DNA from: Fibrobacterales bacterium | GTDB lineage: Bacteria; Fibrobacterota; Fibrobacteria; Fibrobacterales; JAOPTW01 | Assembly: GCA_051532035.1 (NCBI GenBank) | Contig: JAOPTW010000012.1 | Coordinates: 51,085 to 115,084, forward strand | DNA: 64,000 nt | Reading direction: 5' to 3' | Shown here: positions 42,674-53,809 of the stretch, one piece after another | Layout: every line of letters begins with the position of its first letter | Position numbering within the stretch: the first letter of the stretch is position 1 | Made by a program: the position numbers and the translations under genes | The notes under the pieces: generated by a model | The model's database searches: none | What the model was told of the DNA's origin: nothing | The model's input: the letters and a program-made list of their open reading frames with translations, nothing else

Positions 42674-43140
42674 GTTAACCTTTAATAAATAATTGAAAGG
42701 GGGAAACGTAGTTATTACTCATCGTTATCAGAAAGGTGATGTTTACTTGATAAATGTTACCGTTCACAATCTGTGAACGAAGCGTAAATGTTGATCCTTT
42801 CATGATGCTGACACCACCTTGGTTATAAGTATGGATTCATCTTAAAAAATCGAACACTAATCCGTCTTATAATACGAGCTATTATCGGAATTATTAAGAT
42901 GTAAATAGATGCTTCGGGTAGGTCCAAACCAAGTAATGAACCGTTAAATTTGCCCGATTTGACTATTATACGCTGTAGGTTGTCATTCCAGTCATATAGA
43001 GAATCGCCTTTTCAGAGCTTTTTTATGCAATAGATGCACTTTGGAAAGATAGATGCGTAAATAGTACACTCAAATGCATGATAATTAGGTAAATTTTAGA
43101 CTCAGCAGACATTTCTACACTTAAGCAGACGCCAGGATAG

Positions 43141-43992
43141 ATGAAATTACCAAAACGCCTTGAAGGAATGGTCCGTGACGGACTGATTGACGAAGTAATC
43201 AAACCATTGACAAGCGGAAAAGAAGCCGATGTTTTTGTGGTATATTCTCAGGGTGAATATCGCTGTGCTAAAGTGTATAAAGATATCACAAAACGAAATT
43301 TCAAGAAGCAGGCAGGCTATCAAGAGGGCCGTAAGGTTCAGAATAGTCGTAAAGCCAGAGCAATGGAAAAACGTACTAAATTTGGTCGTAAAGAAATTGA
43401 AGCAGCTTGGCAGAATGCAGAAGTTGATGCGCTGTTTAAAGTATCCGATGCGGGCGTCAATGTACCAGAGCCTTATATCTGTATGGATGGTGTGTTGTTA
43501 ATGGAATTGATTGTTGGTGATGATGGCGATGTTGCACCACGTCTTCTTGATGTTTCACTCACTCAAGATGAGGCAATGGATTACTTCAGTAAATTGATTG
43601 TCGATGTACTCATCATGCTGTGTGCAGGCATTGTACATGGCGACTTGTCTGAATACAATGTGCTTGTAGATGAAAATGGTCCAGTCATTATTGACTTTCC
43701 TCAGGCTGTTGATGCTGCCAGTAACAATAACGCAGGCGCCTATCTCATACGCGACCTCGATAATCTGAGAGACTTTTTTAGTCAGTACGCTCCATGCCTT
43801 AAGAAAACGGAATACGGGAGAGAGATGTGGTCCATATACAAAGCGGGCAATCTCACTCATGATACGATTTTGACGGGTACCTTTAAGCGCAGTAAAAAAG
43901 ATATCAATGTTAATGCGGTTCTGGATGCTATTAATGAAGCGCGAGAAGAAGCTGAATATATGAAGGCACGAGCTGCGGCTCGATCTGCTTAA
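43141..43992 (+). CDS. RIO1-like Ser/Thr protein kinase (PA4780 family)
   Basis: SGKEADV, CAKVYK, VHGDLSEYNVL and IIDFPQAVD. Confidence 0.92.
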   Translation: MKLPKRLEGMVRDGLIDEVIKPLTSGKEADVFVVYSQGEYRCAKVYKDITKRNFKKQAGYQEGRKVQNSRKARAMEKRTKFGRKEIEAAWQNAEVDALFKVSDAGVNVPEPYICMDGVLLMELIVGDDGDVAPRLLDVSLTQDEAMDYFSKLIVDVLIMLCAGIVHGDLSEYNVLVDENGPVIIDFPQAVDAASNNNAGAYLIRDLDNLRDFFSQYAPCLKKTEYGREMWSIYKAGNLTHDTILTGTFKRSKKDINVNAVLDAINEAREEAEYMKARAAARSA

Positions 43993-44038
43993 CAGTATTC
44001 GTATACAATTGTAAATTTAAAGTAAATGCGGTAAGTAA

Positions 44039-44054
44039 TGTGATGCCCATCACA
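44039..44054. promoter_or_regulatory. CRP-type box
   Basis: TGTGA-TGCCCA-TCACA, about 90 bp upstream of the S41 gene. Confidence 0.6.
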
Positions 44055-44145
44055 GAAGTAAATATGGTGAAATACTAATTTGGCGGCTTACTGGTTAAGA
44101 TCTAGCTAGTTACAATACATATCACTATTTTACTCTGAGGGCTCC

Positions 44146-45765
44146 ATGGTTAACATTTTATTTCTTCTACTTATCGCTATTCTATCGAGTTGTATTTTTG
44201 ATTCTACTACAAGTGAGAGTGGGACAGTGTCAAATACTCCGACTGAATCGAGTTATTGGAGAGTGACCGTCATGGGAACTGGCGATGATGCCATGGTTCT
44301 TGATAGCTCTTTAGGTCTGCAAATCTATTTTTCCCTCACCAATGATCAAATAGTTTATATACAGAAGCAATATGATATTTATACCTTAGACTCTCTGGCA
44401 ATTATACCGAATGATTCTGGGTATGCCTATTCAGATGGTTATACTGTCATATCAAATGTTGATCAAGAGCTGCATATGGTTGAACATGATACGGTTAATC
44501 AATCGATGGATGAGATTAGAGCAGTTGCTCTTTCGGAGGCAGAATTTTCTCTGTATAAGGGTAAAAGACTGTATAACGATGAGGTATCTCTCAACAAAAA
44601 TATTTATGACGCTATGCAATATTACTATTTGTGGTACGATTCTATTCCTGATGTTAATCCTGAAAACTTTACTACTCCATATGCTTTGGTAGAAAACATA
44701 ACTGATAACCGTTTGGATAAGTGGTCATTTTTGCTCACCCGTGAAGAGTATGATCAATATCAAGAAGGAGAGAGTTATGGGTACGGCTTTATTCCAGCCT
44801 ATTCTGTAATGAAAGGAGTGGTGGTGCAGTTGGTTATTGAAGACACCGAAATATTTGCTGCAGGCGTACGACGCGGTGATGCGTTGACAATGATAAACGG
44901 TGAGAATGCCTTAAATTTTTTACGGAATGAATCAAGAGGAGAGTCGCTCGGCGCTGCTAAAAAAGGGGTGCAGCATACACTCACCTTTGAAAAAGATGAT
45001 GGATCTATTATTGAACAAGTTTTTACTAAGGCTTTAATAGAAGAGCCAACGGTTATGCACGAAAATATTTATGAAACGGATGGTAAGACTATTGGGTATT
45101 TTATGTTTAATACTTTTCATCAAAATGCATTAGATAAGCTCTTTGACCTCTTTCATCGTTTTAGTGACTATCAAATTGATGAACTTATTATAGATTTACG
45201 ATACAATGGTGGAGGGTCTTTGGCGGTCTCAGGAGCTATTGCGAGCTATATCGGCGGTCAAAGTGTCAGTGGTTCTCCTTATGCTACAATCAAAACAAAT
45301 GATAAAAGATCGCAGTACAATACAACGATTGATTTCAATGACGTCGATATAGATTTAGGCCTGAAGAGGGTGTTCTTTTTAACAAGTAATAGAACTGCTT
45401 CAGCAAGTGAATATCTCATCAACGGCCTTAAGCCATATATAGATGTAGTGTTAGTGGGTAAGACAACGAGAGGTAAACCGGTCGGAATGAATCCATTACA
45501 TTTTAAGGATTATGTGCTCTTTCCTATTATGTTTACTGGAGTGAATGCTAATGATGAAGGGGCGTTTTATGATGGTATTTCTACAGATCATAATGCGTAT
45601 GATGATACTGACGTTGCCATTGGGAGTAATGACGATGATATGGTGAGTACTGCACTTCAAATAATTGGTCAATCTGCCCTACTGCCAAAACGATCGTTTG
45701 TCAATGATGTGCCTGAAGATCTGCCTTTGTTAGAAGGGTTTAATGCCTATCGTGGATTTTTGTAA
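44146..45765 (+). CDS. S41-family peptidase lipoprotein
   Basis: YYLWYD, PDZ-like GVRRGD, IIDLRYNGGG, TASASE and G.TTRGK. Confidence 0.9.
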   Translation: MVNILFLLLIAILSSCIFDSTTSESGTVSNTPTESSYWRVTVMGTGDDAMVLDSSLGLQIYFSLTNDQIVYIQKQYDIYTLDSLAIIPNDSGYAYSDGYTVISNVDQELHMVEHDTVNQSMDEIRAVALSEAEFSLYKGKRLYNDEVSLNKNIYDAMQYYYLWYDSIPDVNPENFTTPYALVENITDNRLDKWSFLLTREEYDQYQEGESYGYGFIPAYSVMKGVVVQLVIEDTEIFAAGVRRGDALTMINGENALNFLRNESRGESLGAAKKGVQHTLTFEKDDGSIIEQVFTKALIEEPTVMHENIYETDGKTIGYFMFNTFHQNALDKLFDLFHRFSDYQIDELIIDLRYNGGGSLAVSGAIASYIGGQSVSGSPYATIKTNDKRSQYNTTIDFNDVDIDLGLKRVFFLTSNRTASASEYLINGLKPYIDVVLVGKTTRGKPVGMNPLHFKDYVLFPIMFTGVNANDEGAFYDGISTDHNAYDDTDVAIGSNDDDMVSTALQIIGQSALLPKRSFVNDVPEDLPLLEGFNAYRGFL

Positions 45766-45888
45766 TTCGAGCTCTGGAGATGGGTCGATACCTGTGACTG
45801 TTTTTTTTGCACTGTTTCGTGAAGAGGCAAGGGTGTTGTAGAGTCAGTATACATTGTATTGTGTTTCAATAGTAACCATTACGAGTAG

Positions 45889-45921
45889 AGGGCGTGCAGA
45901 AATAGATACTTTGCACGCCCT
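45889..45921 (+). terminator. Hairpin / probable terminator
   Basis: AGGGCGTGCA...TGCACGCCCT followed by TGTTG. Confidence 0.55.
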
Positions 45922-46183
45922 TGTTGTACGCATTCTGTTCACAAATGTAAAAAAGAATCAGCATAGTATTTTGGTGTAGTTAAAGAAATATTCCTAGACT
46001 ATATTGGTCGCGATTACCATCAAATGGTATGGGTTAATTATATCCCAATGTCTACTTATCAATATGATTGTGTGAGTAATGGTAGACACCAACAGGTAAA
46101 GGTTGCACTTCTTAGTGCCCTTGGAGTGCAGCCTAGTCTGTTAGGGAAGAAATGAACAGTACACAACAACACAGGAAGATCAT

Positions 46184-48061
46184 ATGAAATTAATGCTATT
46201 AATAGTCGTACTTGCACTATTCTCTCAGACCTCATTTGCTCAAGTTATTCAGGCAGATGATGTGGTTAAAGGGAAGTTTAAAGTATGGCATCCCGTAAAC
46301 ATTAAATTTGAGGGTCCATGGACCTCCGAAACCGCAACACCAAACCCATTCACTCAGTATCGACTTGACGTATTTTTCACAAGCCCGAGCGGTAAAGTAT
46401 TCAGAGTACCTGGCTTCTATGCTGCTGATGGAAAAGCTGGTAAAACAGGTGCGTCATCGGGTAAGATATGGAAAGTAAAGTTCCCGCCTAATGAACCAGG
46501 AGAGTGGTCATATTATGCTTCTTTTGTAAAGGGTAACCTTATTGCCGCAAAAATGAAAGGGGGTACTCCTGCAGGATATTTTGATGGTCATACCGGTTCA
46601 TTTACTATTAATCCTTCTGATGTGCCTGCTACAGACAAAAATTTACGGGGTAAAGGCAAACTGGAGTATGTAGGTGATCACTACTTACAATTTCAGGGTA
46701 CGGGAAAAAGTTTTATGAAAGGGGGGGCTAATAGTCCTGAAGTGTTTCTTGAGTATGCAGGGTTTGATAATACTCCTTCGGCTCGTACCTATCCAACACA
46801 TATATCCGATTGGAATGCTGGAGACCCAACCTGGAGAGGTGGTAAAGGAAAAGGGATAATCGGTGTCGTAAATTATCTTTCTACTACTGGTGTAAATGGA
46901 ATGTATTTTTTAACCAACAATCATGAAGGTGACGGTGGTAAAGCGTGGCCATGGATAAATACGAAACAGTTATATCGGTATGATTGTTCTAAGCTTCAAC
47001 AGTGGGATTTTGTCTTTAAGCATTTTGATACTAAAGGTATGATGCTTCATTTTGTAACTACCGAAACAGAAAATGAGTCTCTCTTTGAAAATATCGAAGG
47101 TTCAGCACCTGACGGCTTTTCGATTTTACGTAAAATTTATTACCGTGAACTTGTCGCACGGTTTGGGTATCACCTAGCGATTACCTGGAATGTCGGGGAA
47201 GAAAATGGATGGAATGAGGGTAGTGGTCATCACAGAGCTAACACACAAAAACAGCGGTTATTGTTTGCCAAACGTCTTAAAAAATTGACCTACTATAATG
47301 ACCATATTGTGGTGCATAATGGACCATCATGGGACGATGCTATTTTATATGGGTTACTCGGTACCCAATGGTATAGTGGACCATCGTTTCAATGGGGCTA
47401 TAACGATAACATTCACTCTAAAGTTAATTTTTGGAGATACCAATCTGCGCAACATGGTAAAAAATGGGTCGTGAGTATGGATGAAGCATGGGTTGGTCCA
47501 GAAACCTATAGCCTTGATCATTGGCGTAAGGAGATTGTATGGGGAACGATAATGGCTGGTGGTGCAGGAACAGAGTTCTATGTTGGTGCAGGAAAAGATG
47601 TTGTTCTTCAAGATTTAAAACGCTACCATGATTATTACCGTTATTCTGGCATTGCAGTAAAATTTATGCAAAAGTACATCCCTATGAAAACGCTCTATCC
47701 AAATGATAACTATATCGGTAATGGTTGGACGCTTAAAAACAACTCTAAAGTGCTACTATACCTCCGTAATGGGGGGACCCGTGACATTGATCTTCCAAAG
47801 GGTACTTATACCGTTCGGTGGTATGATCCTCGTCATGGTGGAATATTGCAAGTAGGAACCAAGAGCATTGTTACAGGAGGTGCCTCGAAAAATATTGGGT
47901 ATGCTCCAAGTTATCATGCAAAAGATTGGGTGGTGTGGATCGAGAAGTTTGTCCCTATTGCTGCAGAGTTCGATGGTGTAGAAGAAAAACGAGCAGAATC
48001 GGAGATAATTGATACAACAGCTGCTTTACCGGCTAACGATTCTGATACAAGTATTAATTAA
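46184..48061 (+). CDS. DUF5060 domain protein (putative glycoside hydrolase) with collagen-binding-like C-terminal domain
   Basis: PNPF..YRLDV.F, VPGFYAADG, YYRELVARF, WNVGEEN and YTVRWYDPRHGG. Confidence 0.8.
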   Translation: MKLMLLIVVLALFSQTSFAQVIQADDVVKGKFKVWHPVNIKFEGPWTSETATPNPFTQYRLDVFFTSPSGKVFRVPGFYAADGKAGKTGASSGKIWKVKFPPNEPGEWSYYASFVKGNLIAAKMKGGTPAGYFDGHTGSFTINPSDVPATDKNLRGKGKLEYVGDHYLQFQGTGKSFMKGGANSPEVFLEYAGFDNTPSARTYPTHISDWNAGDPTWRGGKGKGIIGVVNYLSTTGVNGMYFLTNNHEGDGGKAWPWINTKQLYRYDCSKLQQWDFVFKHFDTKGMMLHFVTTETENESLFENIEGSAPDGFSILRKIYYRELVARFGYHLAITWNVGEENGWNEGSGHHRANTQKQRLLFAKRLKKLTYYNDHIVVHNGPSWDDAILYGLLGTQWYSGPSFQWGYNDNIHSKVNFWRYQSAQHGKKWVVSMDEAWVGPETYSLDHWRKEIVWGTIMAGGAGTEFYVGAGKDVVLQDLKRYHDYYRYSGIAVKFMQKYIPMKTLYPNDNYIGNGWTLKNNSKVLLYLRNGGTRDIDLPKGTYTVRWYDPRHGGILQVGTKSIVTGGASKNIGYAPSYHAKDWVVWIEKFVPIAAEFDGVEEKRAESEIIDTTAALPANDSDTSIN

Positions 48062-48184
48062 CCCACTTGTGTGAAATAAAAATACACTCTATCCAGAGAT
48101 GAGTGGCAAACTCGAAAAATGGGAATTATACAGAGCAATGAACAGTGTTTGGGTTTATAGATTGATAGTGAGATTGAGGAAAAT

Positions 48185-49540
48185 ATGAAATTTCAACAAT
48201 ATATATATGCGTTCTTGTTACTGACCGTTCTTTCTTGTGAGAGATTGCCACCGCCTGGAACTGAGCCAGACTTGACGAATACAGGTAGGGTGAGTGATGT
48301 GTCTCTGATATCGAGCAACGCATTACAGGGGGATAGTAACGCCATACCTATGCTTTCGTCTCAAGTACCGACGAGTTCAAGTCACTCGACAGTTTCAAGT
48401 GACTTGAATCCGATTGCTACACCGGTCTCCAGTGCACCCATGGCAGAATCCAATGCGCAACAATCCAGTGAAGTCGCTCTGTCTCATGCATACCCTGGGT
48501 TATCATCTGAAGTTTCATCTCTCTCTTCGAGTCATTCTGTTGGATTGAGCGTGTCAAGCACAGTGCTTTCATCTTCTAGTACCCTCGCATATTCATCTTC
48601 TAGTACACCAGTTGTTGAGCTCTCTAGTGAACGGTCATCGAGTTCATTTATATCATCATCAGTCAGTACTTCTTCCTCAATACTAGAGTCATCAAGTTTA
48701 GAGTTATCGAGTATGGTTCAGGTATCATCAAGTAGTGAGCATTCTAATCAGTATGTCATATCTGCTAAAAAAGATTTCATTTGGCACGCGAGCAAGCAGT
48801 ATCAGTCTGTCTATTATCACCCTATTCAACCGGGCGAATATCCACTTTTTATTTGGATGCCCAATACGAATGCTACTATCAATGATACCTATGTATTACA
48901 GATACTCCGGGCTATGAGTAAAAAGGGATTTGTAGCGGTCGCTCTTGATTATGGACAGGTTGATGATTTTGATCAGGATATGACTAATTTATATGCAAAG
49001 GCTTCCTCTGTGTTTTCTAATACAGATTCCCATAGTGCCATTGCAGTGATCGATGATTCAATTCCATCAGTTGATGTATCGCGGGGTATTGTTGTTGCTG
49101 GGTGGGGGCAGGGTGCCTCTGTTTCGGTTATTGCTCGGAATTATAATCCTCAGGTTCGAGCCGTGTTAGCATTGGGTGCAGGTATTGGTCAGTATAATTG
49201 GCTCGAACCGGCACTTGGTATGACCAATACTATGCTCGATAAGAGTCGCCTCCGGTCTATTATAGGTGCTCAGGATCAGTTCCATGGAGCTTTGGCTACA
49301 CATGTTCGAATGCATCAAGAAATAGTAACGGGCTATGGTGATGCGACCCACAAAAAATATGATTTTATTCAACCAGATGGGAGTGGATGGTATATGGTGT
49401 ATGCCAGTCTTTTGACAACTGGCACTCCAGATCATGCCTTTTTTAAAAATCAGAATACACTCGAAGAAAACTTTAAGACAGGAATGGCATCGTGGTGCCT
49501 AAACCCGAGTCTTAATTGGCTTGCATTGTTTGTAGATTAG
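48185..49540 (+). CDS. Ser-rich lipoprotein with alpha/beta-hydrolase-fold C-terminus
   Basis: Lipobox VLSC. YPLFIW, GFVAVALDY, GIVVAGWGQGA and PDH. Confidence 0.6.
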   Translation: MKFQQYIYAFLLLTVLSCERLPPPGTEPDLTNTGRVSDVSLISSNALQGDSNAIPMLSSQVPTSSSHSTVSSDLNPIATPVSSAPMAESNAQQSSEVALSHAYPGLSSEVSSLSSSHSVGLSVSSTVLSSSSTLAYSSSSTPVVELSSERSSSSFISSSVSTSSSILESSSLELSSMVQVSSSSEHSNQYVISAKKDFIWHASKQYQSVYYHPIQPGEYPLFIWMPNTNATINDTYVLQILRAMSKKGFVAVALDYGQVDDFDQDMTNLYAKASSVFSNTDSHSAIAVIDDSIPSVDVSRGIVVAGWGQGASVSVIARNYNPQVRAVLALGAGIGQYNWLEPALGMTNTMLDKSRLRSIIGAQDQFHGALATHVRMHQEIVTGYGDATHKKYDFIQPDGSGWYMVYASLLTTGTPDHAFFKNQNTLEENFKTGMASWCLNPSLNWLALFVD

Positions 49541-50001
49541 TAGTATTTGATGTCACACCCATCCTTAATACCGTAATTTCACAAATGTGAGAAAACACTT
49601 TGACCGCACGATCGTTCGACAAAAATGATGTAATTACAGGGTTACATAAGTGAACATCCATATTGTTAAAATATCATACGAAATGTCAACAAATGTCACC
49701 GCATAAACAATCCCCAAATAACAACCCCTCGCAAAAGAGCCTTTCTAGATATAGTTTATAGGGAGAACCACCGGAAAAAACAATACCCACAACCAAAACA
49801 CCTATTAAGAGCCAAAAACCGCATTTATAAATATGAAATAGGTGCAAAATACACCAAAAGTAGCCCATAGACACACTCATTCTATATACATTTAACACAC
49901 TGTATATTGTACAGGGCATCAACGTTGGGGCACTACAAGTGAGTTGGGTATTAGAATAGACGAGGAACGCTATTCTATTAAAATAGATTACGAGGGGAGT
50001 C

Positions 50002-52503
50002 ATGCACTATAGAATCAAACACACCTTAAAAAGCATAGTAGTACCATTTATTATCAGTTTACCGGTAGCGACCTTTGCTGGTCCGTCATCTCCTGATATC
50101 ACTAAGGTACCCATACCAATAATGGATGAACACCCTGGTTGGATTGATATGTACTATCGTACCTTTGAACTCTCGTTTAAAAATGTGTTGCAAAAGCAAG
50201 AGGGTACAATCTTCATCGATTACTTCATGGATGAAGGATTTAATGCTAATATCTTTCAATGGGATACGAGCTTCATGATGATGTTCGGGCGCTATTCAAA
50301 TGGTGAACTTCCGTCTATTGTTACTCTCGAAAACTTTTATATGAATCAATCAAGTGATGGATGGATCTCTCGAGAACTCCGAGAAGATGGAACCGAATCG
50401 TATTGGCCTAAAGATGGTACAGAAAATAATCCAGCTTTAAAATTAAGAGAAAATTGCTCTATTAATCCACCACTTTTTTCGTGGGCTGAGTGGTCAGACT
50501 ATCAAATTGCGGGTGATAAATCACGGTTTACTAAAAAAATGACTGGCCCAGAGGTGAGTGATAAAACAATTCTTGATGTTCTCGTTGACTATTTTGATTG
50601 GATTAAAGATCATCGCCGTTGGGATAATGGTATGTACTGGTCAACCTCTTATGCGAATGGTATGGATAATAATCCTCGGCTTTTTTATCCAAATCATGTG
50701 ACAGGCGGAGAAGCTGAAGTTGGTGGGGTGTGTGATAACCTCGGTGGAAACTGGATTGATATCACTGCTCAGCAAGCACTCAATGCTTATTATATTGCAA
50801 AGATAGCGGGTGAGGTAGGTGAGACAGCAATTCAAACGCGATTTGAAGATGAACATGCTGAGATCAAAGATGTGGTAAATAGTAACATGTGGGATACTAC
50901 TGATAAGTTCTACTACGACCTTAATGCAGATGAGACTTTTAATAAAATTAAAACTCCAGCATCATTTTGGCCTATGATAGCGCGTGTGACATCAGAACAA
51001 CAAGCGGCAGATCTTGTAGAGCACATCGTTGATCCTGAAGCTTTCTGGACACTGCACCATATTCCGACTGTAGCAGCAAATTCTAAAGGATATGAATCTG
51101 ATGGTGGTTATTGGAATGGTGCGGTATGGGCTCCAACACTCTATGAAACAGTCAAAGGATTGGAGGTCCAAGGACACGAAGATATTGCGAAGAAGGTATC
51201 CATAAACCACATTCAAAATCTTTACTGGGTCTATGTTGATTCAAATTCACTCTTCGAAAATTATCATCAAGAGAGCCCACACTCAGGATTCGAATCTAAA
51301 AAAGACTTTGTCGGCTGGACCGGTGTCGGCCCAATAGCCTGCCTCATCGAAAACGTCATGGGCTTTCACGCCTTTGGCCCAAACGACTCACTCGATTGGG
51401 ACTTAACCCTTGCAGAGCATCACGGCCTTGAGAACTTTAAGTTTGGTGATAACATGGTGACCATCACTGCAGCAGACCGATTAAACAGCGATGCAGGAGC
51501 TGTGGTAACAGTAACTACTGATAGCCCCTTTAAACTCCATGTCACTTTAGCAGGTACCGAATATATCCACGAACTCCCTGCCGGTGAAACAGAGTTGATG
51601 ATTGGGAAACCAAATGCGCAATTAACTTCCATACCTATTATCCACAAAGCAACAAACTCATATGGGTTTGGCGCTTCAGGTGATGAGACCACTCGCTATC
51701 AAACGTTCAAAGCAGGGAAGGGAACTATCCTTGCTGGTATTGATGTGAAAATACGTCGATTAAATGGATGGGATCAAAGTGATGTGACGGTTGATCTGTA
51801 TGCTACTTCTGGTGGTAAACCAACAGGAAGTGCATTAGTCGAGGGAACTATTGGGCAAGCAGAAGTGGATAACTTCTTTGTGATCATGCATGCTGCTATG
51901 GAGTATGATGGATTGGTAGAAGGGACTGAATATGCAGTTGTTTTGGGTCAACAAACTCCTAAAGCTGATAACTATGAATGGGTGAATGGTGAAGATGTTG
52001 ACTCTGGTCTTTCATTTGGTAAAGGTGATGGCGCCGGGAGCTGGACCGATGAGTCTGCACTCGGTGATGCGTGGATGAAGGTGTATGCAATTGATACATC
52101 AATAGAGCAGTATAGCTTTGCTTCAGAAGAGTCTTCGTCAGAATCTTCTGCAGATGAAAGTAGTACGGATGTTTTGAGTAGCACAGAGTTGAGTTCTGAT
52201 GAAAGTAGTGACGTCTCTTCGAGCTCAGATGAAATAGAGGATTCTTCTTCAGAAGAGGGTGACCCTGATTCGAGCACTACAGCACTCTTTACTCGGAACG
52301 GAACACAGAGCTTTACCGGAGTGCAGGCAGTCAATAACCTTGGTACGGGCGCACTTCAGTTTCAGGTTCCCGAGAGTGTAACGACTCTTAAAATATTTAC
52401 GATCCATGGTGCATTGCTGGTACAAAAAAACGTTACGGCTCAAAGCCACATTGCACTGACAGAAGAACTTCCTAAAGGAATGTTAATCGTCTCCTTTCAA
52501 TAG
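50002..52503 (+). CDS. GH63/MGH1-like (trehalase-like) glycoside hydrolase with T9SS-like CTD
   Basis: IFQWDTSF, NPPLFSWAEW, NGMDN.PR, YWNGAVW, FENY and DFVGWTG. S/E-rich linker followed by LKIFTIHGALL. Confidence 0.82.
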   Translation: MHYRIKHTLKSIVVPFIISLPVATFAGPSSPDITKVPIPIMDEHPGWIDMYYRTFELSFKNVLQKQEGTIFIDYFMDEGFNANIFQWDTSFMMMFGRYSNGELPSIVTLENFYMNQSSDGWISRELREDGTESYWPKDGTENNPALKLRENCSINPPLFSWAEWSDYQIAGDKSRFTKKMTGPEVSDKTILDVLVDYFDWIKDHRRWDNGMYWSTSYANGMDNNPRLFYPNHVTGGEAEVGGVCDNLGGNWIDITAQQALNAYYIAKIAGEVGETAIQTRFEDEHAEIKDVVNSNMWDTTDKFYYDLNADETFNKIKTPASFWPMIARVTSEQQAADLVEHIVDPEAFWTLHHIPTVAANSKGYESDGGYWNGAVWAPTLYETVKGLEVQGHEDIAKKVSINHIQNLYWVYVDSNSLFENYHQESPHSGFESKKDFVGWTGVGPIACLIENVMGFHAFGPNDSLDWDLTLAEHHGLENFKFGDNMVTITAADRLNSDAGAVVTVTTDSPFKLHVTLAGTEYIHELPAGETELMIGKPNAQLTSIPIIHKATNSYGFGASGDETTRYQTFKAGKGTILAGIDVKIRRLNGWDQSDVTVDLYATSGGKPTGSALVEGTIGQAEVDNFFVIMHAAMEYDGLVEGTEYAVVLGQQTPKADNYEWVNGEDVDSGLSFGKGDGAGSWTDESALGDAWMKVYAIDTSIEQYSFASEESSSESSADESSTDVLSSTELSSDESSDVSSSSDEIEDSSSEEGDPDSSTTALFTRNGTQSFTGVQAVNNLGTGALQFQVPESVTTLKIFTIHGALLVQKNVTAQSHIALTEELPKGMLIVSFQ

Positions 52504-52588
52504 GTCGCTCACTCTTGCTGGGTTCAGCTCTTACACTCATAGGTTAATCTTACTATCTTTAAGATGAGTCTATGAGCGAGAGCGTACT

Positions 52589-53740
52589 ATGAACCCTTTT
52601 ATCTACGAAAACCCAACAAAAATCATTTTTGGCCAAGATCGTTTCGATCTACTCCCCGAAGAGATTGCTCCCTATGGATCGAGAGTGCTCCTCCTTTTTG
52701 GTGGTGGCTCTATTAAACAGAATGGACTCTACGATACTATCAACACACTTTTGAGTAAAGCGGGATGTACCGTTGTTGAACATGGTGGGGTTCAGGGAAA
52801 TGCCCGACTCTTTCATGCAGAGGCGGGAGTGCAGTTGGTACGTGAACATAAACTCGACCTTATTCTTGCAGTAGGCGGTGGATCAGTAATCGACGAAGCA
52901 AAATCAATCTCTGCAGGGGTACAGTATACGGGGTCACTCTGGAATCTCTATTCAGGCAAAGGAACCGTAGGCATCACTATCCCTGTTATTGCCATACAAA
53001 CACTCCCTGCTACCGCTTCTGAGATGAATGGTATTACCGTCTTGACTCATGACACCACCCTCGCAAAGCGCCCCTTAGTGACTCAAGGGGTACTCAATCC
53101 TAAGGTATCATTTCTCGACCCAAGCACCACCTTTTCGCTCTCTCCTAAACAGACCGCTTATGCCGCAGCGGATATTATCTCTCACTGTACCGAAGGCTAT
53201 TTTACAACAACGGCAGCAACACTCAGACCTCTTGATGGGATAATTGAAGGGCTGGTACATTCAGTTATCTCATCCGTAGCAGATATTCAAAAAGACCCGA
53301 GTGATTATGATGCACGAGCAGCTATGATGTGGAGTGCAACTATGGGATGGAACGGAATTACTCAAGTAGGTATTCCTGGAATGTCTTTACCTTGTCATGC
53401 CCTCGAAATGCCTCTGAGTGGTATTCACGATATTGCCCATGGTGCAGGACTCTCAATGATAACGCCTCACTGGATGCGAATTTTTGGCACGCTCTATAGT
53501 GATCGCATTATACAATTTGGCGAACGGATTCTTGGATTGATGAATCCGACTATCAATCAGGTCGCCGATGGTCTTGATCTACTCTACAACACTATTGGTG
53601 CGCCACTGCATCGGAGTGATGTTGGGGTGTCAGAGATAGATATTGATGCGTGTAGTAGTGATGCCATTGCCTCATTGGCATCTCGCGGTGTTGTAGGGTA
53701 TGAGAAGGATAAGGTTATAGCCCTTTATAAAGAACTATAA
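52589..53740 (+). CDS. Iron-containing alcohol dehydrogenase (BdhA/YqhD-like)
   Basis: NPTKIIFG, GGGSIK, AVGGGSVID, TLPATASE, D..SH and HALE...HGAGL. Confidence 0.92.
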   Translation: MNPFIYENPTKIIFGQDRFDLLPEEIAPYGSRVLLLFGGGSIKQNGLYDTINTLLSKAGCTVVEHGGVQGNARLFHAEAGVQLVREHKLDLILAVGGGSVIDEAKSISAGVQYTGSLWNLYSGKGTVGITIPVIAIQTLPATASEMNGITVLTHDTTLAKRPLVTQGVLNPKVSFLDPSTTFSLSPKQTAYAAADIISHCTEGYFTTTAATLRPLDGIIEGLVHSVISSVADIQKDPSDYDARAAMMWSATMGWNGITQVGIPGMSLPCHALEMPLSGIHDIAHGAGLSMITPHWMRIFGTLYSDRIIQFGERILGLMNPTINQVADGLDLLYNTIGAPLHRSDVGVSEIDIDACSSDAIASLASRGVVGYEKDKVIALYKEL

Positions 53741-53809
53741 CCTACTATTATAGAAGGACTGTCTTTCTCAGCAAACCTACGTTAGTAGCTACTGTCATTT
53801 ATTGATGTG

